Assembly (NCBI RefSeq): GCF_032191835.1
Contig: NC_083242.1
Location: 38,688,001 to 38,752,000, forward strand
DNA length: 64,000 bases
Source: Heteronotia binoei
Taxonomy: Eukaryota
Direction: 5' to 3'
The number at the start of each line of letters is the position of its first letter. Position 1 is the stretch's first letter. Under the pieces are notes generated by a model. The model was given only the letters and a program-made list of their open reading frames with translations, ran no database searches and was not told the origin of the DNA. Positions 25,320-37,800 of the stretch are shown here, one piece after another. Made by a program: the position numbers and the translations under genes.

Positions 25320-25880
25320 GCGGGGCAGCTGGTTCCACCTCCTTCTCTGATTAATGGGGGGTGAGCGCTGCAGGCGGTGGAGGGCGGGGAAGGGAGGGAA
25401 GAGCGGGTGCCTGGCCCGCCCCTGGGAGGCGGCCCCGTGTCCCTGGGCGGGGCTCTGGCGGAGGCGGCCCCTCCCGCGCGGGGCGTTCCCATGGCGACGG
25501 GGCCTGGGCGGGCTGCTGCGCTTCCGGTCCCGTCCTGGGGCTCCGCGGGGGGCGCTGCTGAGCGGCGGCGGAAGGGAAGGGAAGGAAGGGCGGACGGACG
25601 GAAGGAAGGAAGAGGGAGCGAGGGAGGCAGGGATCCAGCCAGCAGGCCGGAGCGAGGCGCGGGGCCGGGCGGGTCATGGGGGTCCGGGGCCGTCCGCCCC
25701 GCGCGGCCTCCTCCTCCTGCTCGTCGTTCTCGGCGGGGCCGCTGCCTGCCGCGGGCCGGTGAGTGCGGGGCCGGGAGGGAGGGGGGGGGGTCCCGCAAGC
25801 CCCTCCCACTAACGCCCCCCCTTCTCCCCTGCAGCCGGGCCCCCTGAGGCCCCCGGGCCGGTCCCGCCGCCGCCGCCGCG
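25320..25880 (+). promoter_or_regulatory. AXIN1 CpG island/promoter and non-coding first exon
   Basis: Very CpG-rich. Donor CCG|GTGAGT at 25758/9; branch-like ctaac at 25809; acceptor ctgcag at 25834 ahead of the ATG at 25881. Confidence 0.65.
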
Positions 25881-28800
25881 ATGAGCGTTCCGGGCCAGGC
25901 GTTCCGGCTGGGCCTGGCGGGAGGCGGCAGCTTCACGGAGGACGCGCCCAGGCCGCCGGTGCCCGGGGAGGAGGGGGAGCTGGTCCCGGCCAGCAGCCAT
26001 GCCTGCTTCTTCTCCCCCGGCCTCAAGGCGGAGGCTGCCGCCCCCCGGCGCCCGGACCTGGACCTGGGCTACGAGCCCGAGGGCAGCGCCTCCCCCACGC
26101 CGCCCTACCTGCGCTGGGCCGAGTCCCTGCACTCCCTGCTGGACGACCAGGACGGCATCCACCTCTTCCGCACCTTCCTCAAGCAGGAGGCCTGCGCCGA
26201 CCTCCTGGACTTCTGGTTCGCCTGCAGCGGCTTCCGCAAGCTGGAGCCCTCCGACGCCAACGAGGAGAAGAGACTCAAGCTGGCCAAAGCCATCTACAAA
26301 AAGTACGTCCTGGACAGCAACGGGATCGTCTCGCGCCAGATCAAGCCCGCCACCAAGAGCTTCATTAAGGACTGCGTCCTGAAGCAGCTCATCGACCCCG
26401 CCATGTTCGACCAGGCCCAGACCGAGATCCAGGCCATGATCGAGGAGAACACCTACCCCCTCTTCCTCAAGTCCGATATTTATTTGGAATATACCAGGAC
26501 CGGGGGGGAGAGCCCCAAAATGTACAGCGATCAGAGCTCAGGGTCTGGGACGGGGAAATGCCTCTCGGGTTACTTGCCAACCCTCAACGAGGACGAGGAG
26601 TGGAAGTGCGACCAGGACGCTCAGGAGGAGACGGGGCGCGATTCGGTCCCTTCCAGCAGGCTGACCCAGAAGCTGCTCCTGGAGACAGCCCCTCAGCGGG
26701 CCACCTCCTCAAGGCGGTACAGTGAGGGGAGAGAGTTCAGGTGAGCCCCCAGGGGCCAAAGCCTCCCAAGGGCCCAGGGGGGTGGGCCACGGAAGCCTTG
26801 ATAGGTTCTGTGCAGGCTCATTTCCCATCTGGTAGAGATGTGAAAACCCCCCAAAAGGCGAGGGTTGGTGGGACATGGCCCATGGCTGGGTGTCCTTCTC
26901 CTGAGCTGAACCATCACTCTCACTCCAGCACTTCCTGTCTGTCCTGACCAGAAGGGATTGCCAGGTCTCAGGCAGGGGTCATTTGGAAACACCTCAGACT
27001 AGAGAGGCCGCGGACCAAAACGGTGGTCCCCCTCCAGAAATTTGCAGCCCAGTCTAGCAGTCCAGCTGAATTCCTTGGTGGGGAATTCTCCACCATTAGT
27101 CATATGGAACAGAGGTGCATCAGGGGCTATTAGCCACAGCATATTGTTGGAACTCTCTGTCTGGGGCAGTGATGCTCTGTATTCTTGGTGCTTGAGGGGA
27201 CACTAGAAGGGAGGGCTTCTAGTGTCGTGGCCCCACAGTGGACCTCCTGATGGCACCTAGGTTTTTTGGCCACTGTGTGACACAGAGTGTTGGATTGGAT
27301 GGGCCACTGGCTTGATCCAACATGGCTTCTCTTATGTTCTTATGTCTGGAGCAGTGATGCTCTGTATTGGGTGGATGGTGGGTGGGTGGGTGGATGGACA
27401 GATAGAGGGATGGATGGATGGATGGATGGATAGATAGTTCAGTACAATTGAACTATATATAGTTCAGTTCTGGTGACCAGCAGGAAAAGGCAGAGTTAAG
27501 TTATTATTCAGAATGGTGACCATATTTATTTGTTCTGAAAGATTCCCATGCCAGCTTTCCCGGGACTCTCTGGGGGCAGTTCACAAAGTAAAGCAATGTG
27601 ATACGTTTATTAAAGCAGCATAAAATAATCAGTTAGCTCTTAAAAATGAGCCCAAATGAGCAGAAAGGAGGCCTGGGGCTTGGCCAGAAAGGTGGGGGTG
27701 TCCTCGATGTGCCAGGGAGCGCCCCACGGATTGTGATTGGGGATGGGCTGGGGAAAGTAGGTGTGACATTTTCTAACATTACAACGAAGCACAGGAATGA
27801 TACTAAGAACGGCAAACAAAATTTGAAGGATTAGCCTGGCAAGAAAACACCAAGCCTGTCTCTAATAGGTGCTGTTTCCAGATAGATTTATGATGTGAGA
27901 AGGAAAGAGGGTTTCCAGGAAGTGGCAGAAGTGTCTAGGCCCTCAGCGTTGGGGCCCCCTCCCCAGCTTGGAATCCCTTGTTTATCGGTGGATCAGCCTT
28001 TTCAGTGAACCTTCCTTGTACAGGGATCAAAACTGTGGAGATCAGGGGTGCATTTGTTAACAGAGTTTCAAAATGTTGTAATACTACACAGGATTATTGG
28101 TTTTGTGGCAGTGTGAGATTCCCTTTTGCATGTGTGATGGGGGGGCTTGCAAACTCTAAAATATTGAGAAATGATCTTAGCTAGTGTGGGTTTTAAAATA
28201 GACAGTATGCCAGAACTGCTGTTGTGAAACTATGGTTAGTATTCTCACTCATCTCCAAGAATGGTTAGTATTCTAACTCATGGTTAGTATTTTCACTCAT
28301 CTCCAAGAATGAGTTCTGCATGCAGTCAAAACTGCTCACATTGTCTGTGGTAGACGAAAGAGTCATTCCTCCCAAGGCAAAAAAGAGTCGCTGGAGAGAT
28401 GTGTTTTGTGCAATTATTTTAAAAGTAACGTCTGTATCTGGAGGAAAATGGTGCATTAGATGGATACCTGATGAAAATTTGAATATACTGCACTTGTATT
28501 ATTTTTTCTTCTCTGTAATCTGATAAAATAAATAGATGAAGCCCTCCTCAAGGAAGGAGAAAGAGGGAGGAGATTTGTAACCTGGAGAGGCAAGATTAGG
28601 CTGCTGATAGGATGCCCCCCGTCAAATTGAGAAGTTTATGATTTTCTCCATAGTTCTGCTTGTTGTGGGGTTGGAAGCTCAGAGTGTGTGTTTTAGCAAA
28701 CTTCAGGTGCAGCCTTTCTTTGTGGCCACTGCTGTGGGATGTTTTCTGAAGCATCAGGATCAGTGCGAAGGACACCCATGCTGAGAGGGGGTGGTGCCTC

Positions 28801-31800
28801 CCGCTGTTCCCTCGGTCTCGTCGTTCAGGGGCTGGCTGGGGCAGTGTCTGTCGAGGGGCCAGGGGATGGCACTGTGGTCTGCAAGCTGTTAGAAAGTCAG
28901 TATTGCTAAGTGGAAATTCTGTCCATGGATCGATTGATGCTTTGTCTGAGGGGTGACAGGGCATCGAGATGCTCTCCACCCCCCGCCCCCCCCCTCCCGC
29001 CAGTTCCCTGGCTCCTTCTGGAGAACCGGAGAAGGCTGTGAGGTTGGATCTCTTCTGGAGCCTGATGCTGGGCTCTGCAGCCAAAGTTCTCACTTCATAG
29101 ATGTTCACATTCTCTCTCTTTCCTATGCGCCTGGCCGAGGTCGGCTGACTCTGGTGAATCCACGTCTTGAGACCTTGTCCTCCTTCGAAGCCAGGGAGAT
29201 GGAGGCAGACTCCTCTGTCTGATCCTCACAACAGTCCTGTGAGGTTGACTAGTCAGAGGCAGTGACAGGCCCCTGGACCGCCGTGGGGATTGGATTGGTA
29301 CGAGGGTCAGTCTCCCACCCTCTCCTGAGCCAAGCAGTGTCTCTCTTTTGTGGCCCTGGTGCTTGCAAAGCCAGGCTCCTGGGGCCGCCCACCAGATGCC
29401 CGTCCTGCTTGGGAGTCTTCCATTGGCACGCCAGCTGTGCTCTCAGCTCTGGTTTGCTTGGGGGGGCAGAGGGGGAGGGTTCAGGAGGACTCGCAAAGGC
29501 GGAGCTCTTCCTCCAGAAAGTGCCTTTGTGCCTGATCATCGCAACGCCACAACTGGGATTGCTTTTCTGCAGAAGTCTCCCAGCTTCTTCCTTTTGGAGT
29601 GAAGACTGATGGGACATGAGTTGTGTCAAGTGTGAATCTTGAGGAGGGTCTGTGGCCTGGGGGGCAAACATCTGCTTGGCATGCAGGAGACCCCAGTTCA
29701 CATTGCCTGTTAAAAAGGGGAGGGACGGTGGCTCAGTGGTAGAGCATCTGCTTGGGATGCAGAAGGTCCCAGGTTCAATCCCCGGCATCTCCAAAAAAGG
29801 GTCCAGGTAATAGGTGTGAAAAACCTCAGCTTGAGACCCTGGAGAGCCGCTGCCAGTCTGAGGAGACAAGGCTGACTTTGATGGAGCAAGGGTCTGATTC
29901 AGTAGAAGGCAGCTTCATAGGTTCTGTTATTAAGGGAGGGATGGTGGCTCAGTGGCAGAGCATCTGCTTGGGATGCAGAAGGTCCCAGGTTCAATCCCCG
30001 GCATCTCCAAAAAAGGGTCCAGGCAAATAGGTGTGAAAATCCTCAGCTTGAGACCCTGGAGAGCCACTGCCAGTCTGAGGAGACAAGGCTGACTTTGATG
30101 GACCAAGGGTCTGATTCAGTAGAAGGCAGCTTCATAGGTTCTGTTATTAAGGGAGGGATGGTGGCTCAGTGGCAGAGCATCTGCTCAGGAAGCAGAAGGC
30201 CCCAGGTTCAATCCCCAGCATCTCCAAAAAAAGGGTCCAGGCAAATAGGTGTGAAAATCCTCAGCTTGAGACCCTGGAGAGCCGCTGCCAGTCTGAGAAG
30301 ACAAGACTGATTTTGATGGACCAAGGGTCTGATTCAGTAGAAGGCAGCTTCATAGGTTCTGTCATTAAGGGAGGGATGGTGGCTCAGTGGCAGAGCATCT
30401 GCTTGGGATGCAGAAGGTCCCAGGTTCAATCCCCAGCATCTCCAAAAAAGGGTCCAGGCAAAGAGGTGTGAAAAACCTCAGCTTGAGACCCTGGAGAGCC
30501 ACTGCCAGTCTGAGGAGACAAGGCTGACTTTGATGGACCAAGGGTCTGATTCAGTAGAAGGCAGCTTCATAGGTTCTGTTATTAAGGGAGGGATGGTGGC
30601 TCAGTGGCAGAGCATCTGCTCAGGAAGCAGAAGGCCCCAGGTTCAATCCCCAGCATCTCCAAAAAAAGGGTCCAGGCAAATAGGTGTGAAAATCCTCAGC
30701 TTGAGACCCTGGAGAGCCGCTGCCAGTCTGAGAAGACAAGACTGATTTTGATGGACCAAGGGTCTGATTCAGTATAAGGCAGCTTCATATGTTCATCTCT
30801 AGCAGCAGCAGCAGCTGCTAGAAAAGACCTTTTTGTGCCAGAGAGCCATGGAGCTGATCAGAGTGGATCGGAAGTCAGTCAGAGGTTGCTGCCCCATGCC
30901 CGAGGCTCCTTCTGTCCCAAGGGGTGAGGTGGCAGCAGTTCCAACAGCAGCTGCATCGTTCTCCTCTTGCAGGCATGGGCCTTGGAGAGAGCCGGTGAAT
31001 CCTTACTATGTCAACACGGGCTATGCCCTGGCCCCCGCCACCAGCGCCAACGACAGCGAGCAGCACAGCATGTCCAGTGATGCCGACACCATGTCTCTGA
31101 CGGACAGCAGCGTGTGAGTGCCAGAGGGACTTGGGGAGGCTCCCGCCCACCTTTCCCAGGGAGGGCACCAGCAGTGTGTGTGTGTTTGTGTGTGAGACAT
31201 GGCTCTGGGGTCCCCGCTTGCACTGATCAGTGAGAAGGGCCTGGCCAGACCATCAGCCGGAGGGTGGTCCCTCTTCTGCTGCTCCTGCTCTGGCCAGTCC
31301 TTTGGAGTGCCTGGAGGCAGGCCGGGAGGTCTCCCAGGAGGCAAGAGGCGCCTCCCTCTGCTGCGTGTCCCCCCACCCCCACCCTACAGGTGTCAGCTGA
31401 GCCCCCTTTCCCTATCTGTTGTGTCTGTTTCTAAGAGAGCCAGATGGACAGGTGTTGGGGGCACGTCAGGGTCCAGAGGGAAGCAGCCGAGCCTGGCCAT
31501 AGTGGGGGCTGTGCTTGTGTTGTGGCTGCTGCTGGCAGGGGGGGGCCTCTTGCAGTGGGGTTGTGGGTTCAGCCTCATCTGTAGCTCCCACTCAGGGTTC
31601 TTCTCCCTTCCTTTTGGCAGAGATGGGATTCCGCCGTACCGACTCCGAAAGCAGCATCGCAGAGAGATGCAGGAAAGTGCCAAAGCAAATGGACGTGTGC
31701 CACTACCTCACATTCCTGTAAGTGGCCCCAGCAGTGCCCTCTTCTGGGCGGGTGGAGCCAAACCTGGGCAAGCTCCCAGGAGCTCTTTGCGTGATCTTGA

Positions 31801-34800
31801 GGCTGATTGGTTGGTTGGGGGGGAGGAATCAGTCTGACAGCCCACCCCAGATCATTTCCTTAGGCTAGTTTCATGGATCTGCACGACACGCACGCCTTTC
31901 CCAGGGTGGTGGGAGGCATGCAGGGAATCTTGCGTGTGTCTTGGTGGGCTGCTCTTGGGGTGGTGAGGGAGCTTTCTCCAGTGCTGGCCAGGGGCTTCAC
32001 GCTTGCCGTAACCCTGGATTCCTGCGGCCCACTTTCCTTCCCTCCAATGTCCCTGGCCTGTCCCTGCAACTTTAATGTTACAAACTCGGAAGGTGGGATT
32101 TTTCTGTCCGTTGGTGATGAGCACTTCCACAGAGCTGCTGTTTTGCTGCATCGTCCTTGAAGTGGTGGGGAGAGCAGCGCAGCTCTTCACAGGGCCAGCC
32201 AGTGGCTCTTGGCTTTCCCCAGGGACTGGCCTGCTTCGCTGTGGGTGGGGATCAGGTTCCCTGGGAAAATAAAACACCTGGCTTTGCTCCTGTGGGTCTT
32301 CCCCCTCAGCGTACCTACCGAATGCCAAAGGATATCCATGTTGAGCCGCAGAAGTTTGCTGCAGAGCTGATCAATCGGCTGGAGGAAGTCCTGAGGGACC
32401 GGGAAGCAGAGGCCAAGCTGGAGGAGCGCCTGAAGCGCGTCAGAGCGGTAAGCGGCAGCTGCCTCCTCTGTGGCTGCCGGCTCTTCCAGGCAGGGCGGAG
32501 GGTCCCTCGGGGTCCACAGGGAGGAGGGCTGGTCTCCCCTGGTGATGAAGGGTCTCCCTTCCTGCCAGGGCGGAGTAGGGGCTTGCCTTCCCCAGCCCTC
32601 CAGGGAGGGGGGCCATCACTGGGGCCTTGGAGTGAGCCTCAGGCAGCCGGGCAGAGGCAGAAGGGAGCAGGAGAAAGGCTCTTCCTCTCTGCTGCTTTGA
32701 GCCGCTGGAACCTTTGGCCTTTGGCTCTGGGAGGGGCTGTGGGTGCCTAAACCCCGCCAGCATCCTCAGAGGGAGGCAGCAGGAGGTGACAGCCATGGTC
32801 TTTTCTGTGCTGGCTCCTCTGAAGGGCAGTTGGTGCTGCTGGAGCCAAGTGTTTGCAGGGGGGAGTGACGTCTGCTCCCTCAGCTCTGTGGCGGAAGGAG
32901 GGAGGAGGGGCCGGGCGGAAGGCGGTTCTGACGTGGGGGTGTCGCCCGACAGGAGGAAGAAGGTGATGACGCCAACCTCCCCTTGGGCCCCTCCCTTCTG
33001 AGCCACAAGTTGCCCCCCACGCAGCTCTTGCCCCACTTTGCCCCCCGCTACGCGGAGATGCAGCTGAGGGATGCCCATGAGGAGAACCCGGAGAGCATCC
33101 TCGACGAGCATGTCCAGCGTGTCCTGAAGACGCCGGGCTGCCAGTCGCCAGGCCCCGGCCGGCACTCCCCCAAGCCGCGTTCCCCTGACAGTGGACTGCC
33201 CGGGAAGCTGCTGCACGGCATGGTGGGGACGGTTCCCCTGGGGCACGGCAAGCACCTGGCCAAGGCGGGGCTGAAGCTGGAGGCCGCCAGCCTCCACCAC
33301 CACAAGCACGTCTATCACCACGGCCTCCTCCACCACCACGGCGCTCTCAAGCCCAAGGAGCCCCTGGAGACGGAAGGCGGCCAGCGCGGGCAGGGCAGCT
33401 TTGCCTGGAACCTGGACGCTCACAGCTATGCAACGAAGGGGCGAGCCTACGGGGAAGGCCTCAGCCTGGCCCCAGCACCCGGGGATTCCTTGGGCCACAG
33501 GTGAGTGGGAGATGATGCGAGGAGGGAGGAGGAGGAGGCCGCTCTGCTCTTGTGTGCCCCAGGGAGGGGTTGACGTGGTCAGGCGCCCCCTAGCTTGGTG
33601 GCCTAGGGGTTTTCTGTCCTTCAGAAGGGCAGAGGGCTGCTGCAGGGGTGTGTCAGAGTCAGCTCTTGTGGAGGAGGAGAAGCAGGAGGTTCCTTAGCCT
33701 AGAAAAAGAGGCAGGGGGAGGGCTGATAAACCCCCTTCCATTTTGAGGAGAAAAGCAGCCTTTGGAGATGCAGCAGACGAACCGTCTGAGCCGTGATGTC
33801 CACTCGTCCTCTTTGGAAATTGCTCTGAAGGAAAAGGGTTTTCAGATCTAAAAGCAACAGTTGTGCACAAATGCAAAAAACCTTCGATTAGATGTGGAGT
33901 TACAGACATTTTCCGCCGTTAGGAGGTGGAACCTATGCTCTGCACTGAGGAAGGAATTGGTCAAAAATACAATTATAATAAAATCTTTTCCTATTAAAAA
34001 TTACAGCATTTCAAATTAGGGTCTTTCATTTCCCACTTGTGAACAATATGTGTTCACTCACTCCACATTTTAGAAAATGAAACCCCCAACTCCAACCCAG
34101 AAGGCAGTTCAGTGACAGTGACTAAAATCCATGTATTGTCTTTCATCCAAACTTTTCAAAATGAGACTTCAGTTTCTCCTGCATGCTTCAGCCGAGTGGT
34201 GGGGGGGGACTGGATTTTGGGGCTGGTCTCATTCCTATGGGAAGAGGAAAGGGGAAGAGCCTAAGAGGCCAAGGTGTCTCCATAAACAGCTTTCTAAAGA
34301 TTTGAGAAATAAAAAAGACTTTTTCAGGAAGTGGAAGGAGGGCGTTATAGCCAAGGATGAATATAAACAAAGAACCAGTGCTTGTACAGAGAGATTTAGA
34401 AAAACTAAAGCTCAGTATGAGCTGAGGCTAGCGAGAGATGCTAAAAACAACAAAAAAGAGTTCTTTTCTTATGTTCAAAGTCAGAAAAAGAGCAAGGATG
34501 TGGTAGGCCCCTTGTGAGGACAGGAAAATGAAATTGTATCAGGTGATGAAGAGAGGGCAGAACTACCCAATTCCCATTTTCCCTCAATCTTCTCTTCTGG
34601 GGGAAATGGTGCTCAACATGGCAAAAGCAGAACACTTGATGAGGGAAGGGAGGTGCAGCCTAGGATCAGCAGGGGGTGGTACATAAACACCGAGTTTCTT
34701 TAGCTGAAACGAAGTCCTTGAGGCCAGATGAGCTGCATCCAGGAGTACTAAGAGGACTTGTACAGACGTAATTTCTGAGCCTCTGGCCATTATTTTTGAG

Positions 34801-37800
34801 AATTCTTGGAGAACAGGTGAGATGCCCGATGACTGGATGCGAGCAAATGCCTGCATCTTCAAGAAGGGAAATGCTGGTTGCCACTTTGGGGTCAGGCAGC
34901 AATTTTTCTCCAGGCCAGTTTGGCAAGGGGGTCCTGGAGGGTTTTTTTGGTTATCTTCTGGGTGTGGAGTAGGTGTCACTGGGGATGTGCATGGAGGGGG
35001 GTAGGCACTTGTGAGTTTCCTGCATTGTGCAGAGGGTTGGCTAGATGACCCTAGAAATCCCTTCCAGTTCTATGATTCCATGGTCCATCAGAACTCCTCC
35101 TGGGGACTTAGCTAAAAGAAGTATGTGTGTGCTGCTGGGCTGCCACAGCTAGCCCAGGAGTGGGATGTGTGTGCAGACACTCCTCTCAGGGCTTGGGGCT
35201 TGTCCAGAGATGCCTTGGTGGACACCCCCCCTTCCCCCCCGGTGATCTCTCAGGCCTGTTTCTTCTCAGGATTGGCTAATTTCTTTGCCTGCTTCTGCCT
35301 CTCCCTCCCTCCCTCCCTTCCAGTGGGAAAGCCAGCCTGCTCTCCAAAAGGAACCCCAAGAAGCTGGAGGTGGGGAAGAGCGAGGGGGGGCCCAGCTACG
35401 ACATGCCAGGCTCTCCGGAGGATGTGGAGAAAAACCAGAAGATCATGCAGTGGATCATCGAAGGCGAGAAGGAGATCAGCCGACACAAGAAGACGACTCA
35501 TGGGTAAGGAGGGGGCGCAGGGGCCAGGCGCAGCTGGGGGGTGGGGGAGGGAGGCTTCCCAGCTGCCTGGGGGCGGGGGCTGCCTTGCTCCGCCTCCTCC
35601 CGTCTCCACCCCATGGAGCTCAGCACCTTCCTGTGTCTCACTTGGCCACTTTGTTTATGTAGCCAATTTGGGTTGCCTCCCCCTCGCAAACCTGCTCCAG
35701 ACAGGTTACAAAATCAAAACAGAACGTTAATTGTCATTAATTAAAATCCAGCTGGAGAAGCCAGAATTAGAGGGAGGGGGCTGTTTAGAAGCGGAAAGCA
35801 CCCTCAGTGACCCCTTAGTGAAGAGCCTGGGTGAAGAGAGGGGGCTCCGGGGCAGAAGGCCCCCGATTCAATCCGGCTGGAGGCAATGGGAAAGACCCTT
35901 CTCTGCCTGAGACCCGCGCAGCCCCTGCCAGGTGATTCGAGTCAGCCCAGGAGAGCCCCGTTGTGGCCTGGTGGCCAGAAGAGGTGTCCACTGGGAGAGC
36001 CAGGACTTTGCGGGTGGGCCCTGGGCAGGAAGCTCCCCTTTCGACTTGGGCCTGGGCTTCTGCCCTCACGCGGGGAGACGAGCTTTCGGGTGTTTGAGAT
36101 GCTCTTGCGGTTCCCCTTCAGGTCTTCGGGGGCCAAGAAGCCTCTGGTGCATGAGGTGTCCCGCCCCATCTCCATGGAGCGCCCCCTGGCCGTTCACCCC
36201 TGGGTCAGCACCCAGCTGCGGACCGTCGTGCAGCCCTCGCACCCCTTCATCCAGGACCCCACCATGCCCCCCAACCCGGCTCCCAACCCGCTGACCCAGC
36301 TGGAGGAGGCGCGCCGGCGGCTGGAAGAGGAGGAGAAGCGGGCCGGAAAGGCGGCCGCCAAACAGCGGTAAAGGAGGGGAGCGGGCGGGGGGGGCAGGCT
36401 GCTTGCTGGGGCTGACGGGGTCTGGTCTTCCTCCCCGAGCAGCCTTGTGGGGAAATCAGCCGGGTGGGGTGGGTGTCTCTGGGCTCTCTGCCGTCAGGAC
36501 CAGCAGGGCCATTTGCAGGTTTCTGGGAGCAAAGGGAGGTCAGGCGCTCCTGCCTGGTGGGCTGCAAGGGAGGAGCGGGGCCAAGTGTCGGATCCCTCGA
36601 GAGGAAGCAGCAGGGAGCGTCCCCACCTCACTTGGTGGGTGGGCCCTTTGTCTTCTGTGTGGCAGCTGCGCGGTGAGACCTTGGGCAGAAAGGAAGAGTC
36701 CTTTCCCCGCCAGATAGATGGGACTGCTGTGGCCAGCTGCTGCTTGGTACCGGTGGCCCACAGCCCAGGGCAGCAGAAGGCCCGGCAGGGCTCCCGAGGC
36801 CCCACGGACTGCTGTGCTGCTCATGAGCATGGCAGGCAGGCAGGCAGGCAGGCAGGCGGCCTCCGTTCAGTCCCCGCGGGGGCAGGAGGCAGCTTTGGGT
36901 GTGGCTCCCTCGGGGCTGCCGGGCTGCAGTGTGTCTTGCTGGCTCCCCCTGTGTGAGGCGTGTGGGCCAAGGAGAGCCCTCCTGGGCAGGGCTGAGCACG
37001 GGAGCTGCTCTGGAGGAGGCCTTGGGCAGAGCGGCGCTTCCAGGAATGGGCCCTGCCCCTCCGTCTTCCCTGCTGAGGCAGGGCAGTTCCTGTGGCTTCC
37101 CCAGGCTTGCGAGGACATGGCAGCCCTCTTGGGCAGCGGCTCCTTCGTGTGGCTGAGGTGCAGCCCGGGTCTGCTGTGGAGGGGGGTGGGAAGTGCCTTG
37201 TGGGGTTCCTTGTCTCTGCCCGAGCACAGCTCCCTCCCTGGGGGAGGCCAGAATCCCTTGCAGCCAGGCCACGGGGGAGGGGGGTGTCACGGTGGATCTC
37301 CGGCCTTGCCTGGCCAGCTGGCAGCGGGAGGCCCCTGAGGAGGAGCCCAGCACGCCTAATGTCTAAGGTTGTTCTTCAGGTACGTGCAAGAGGTTATCCA
37401 GCGTGGGCGCTCCTCTGTCAGGCCGGCTTGTATTCCAGTGCGGAACGTGGTCCCCGCCGTCTCTGACCTGGATCTCTCCGAGGCCGAGTACGTGCCCGCT
37501 CGCTCCCTGTGCCTCCTCTGCCCCTTGTAGCCTGTAGCCTTCCCTCCCACCTTGGCCCGTTGGGGGTCTGGCTCTGGGTCTGCCCGGAAGGGACCTCTGC
37601 CCTCACCAGCCTGCAGCCTGGGCTTTCTCCTCCTGGTGGCCGTCTGCGGCCAGGCCTTGTGCCTTCCCTCTGCTGCAGGAGGCCGGGAGTGTCGTGCAGA
37701 GCAGGGGGCTGGCTGGCTGCATGGTGGGGCGGGTGGGGGCACCTCAGCTCGGCAAGGGGGGGAGGGAGTGGGCGGGCCACCCCACAGGTCAGGCAGCAGA

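Noticed and set aside
29725-30660. tRNA-like sequences with A and B boxes
   Set aside because: No acceptor-stem closure; each runs into a shared SINE body, so these are SINE heads rather than tRNA genes.
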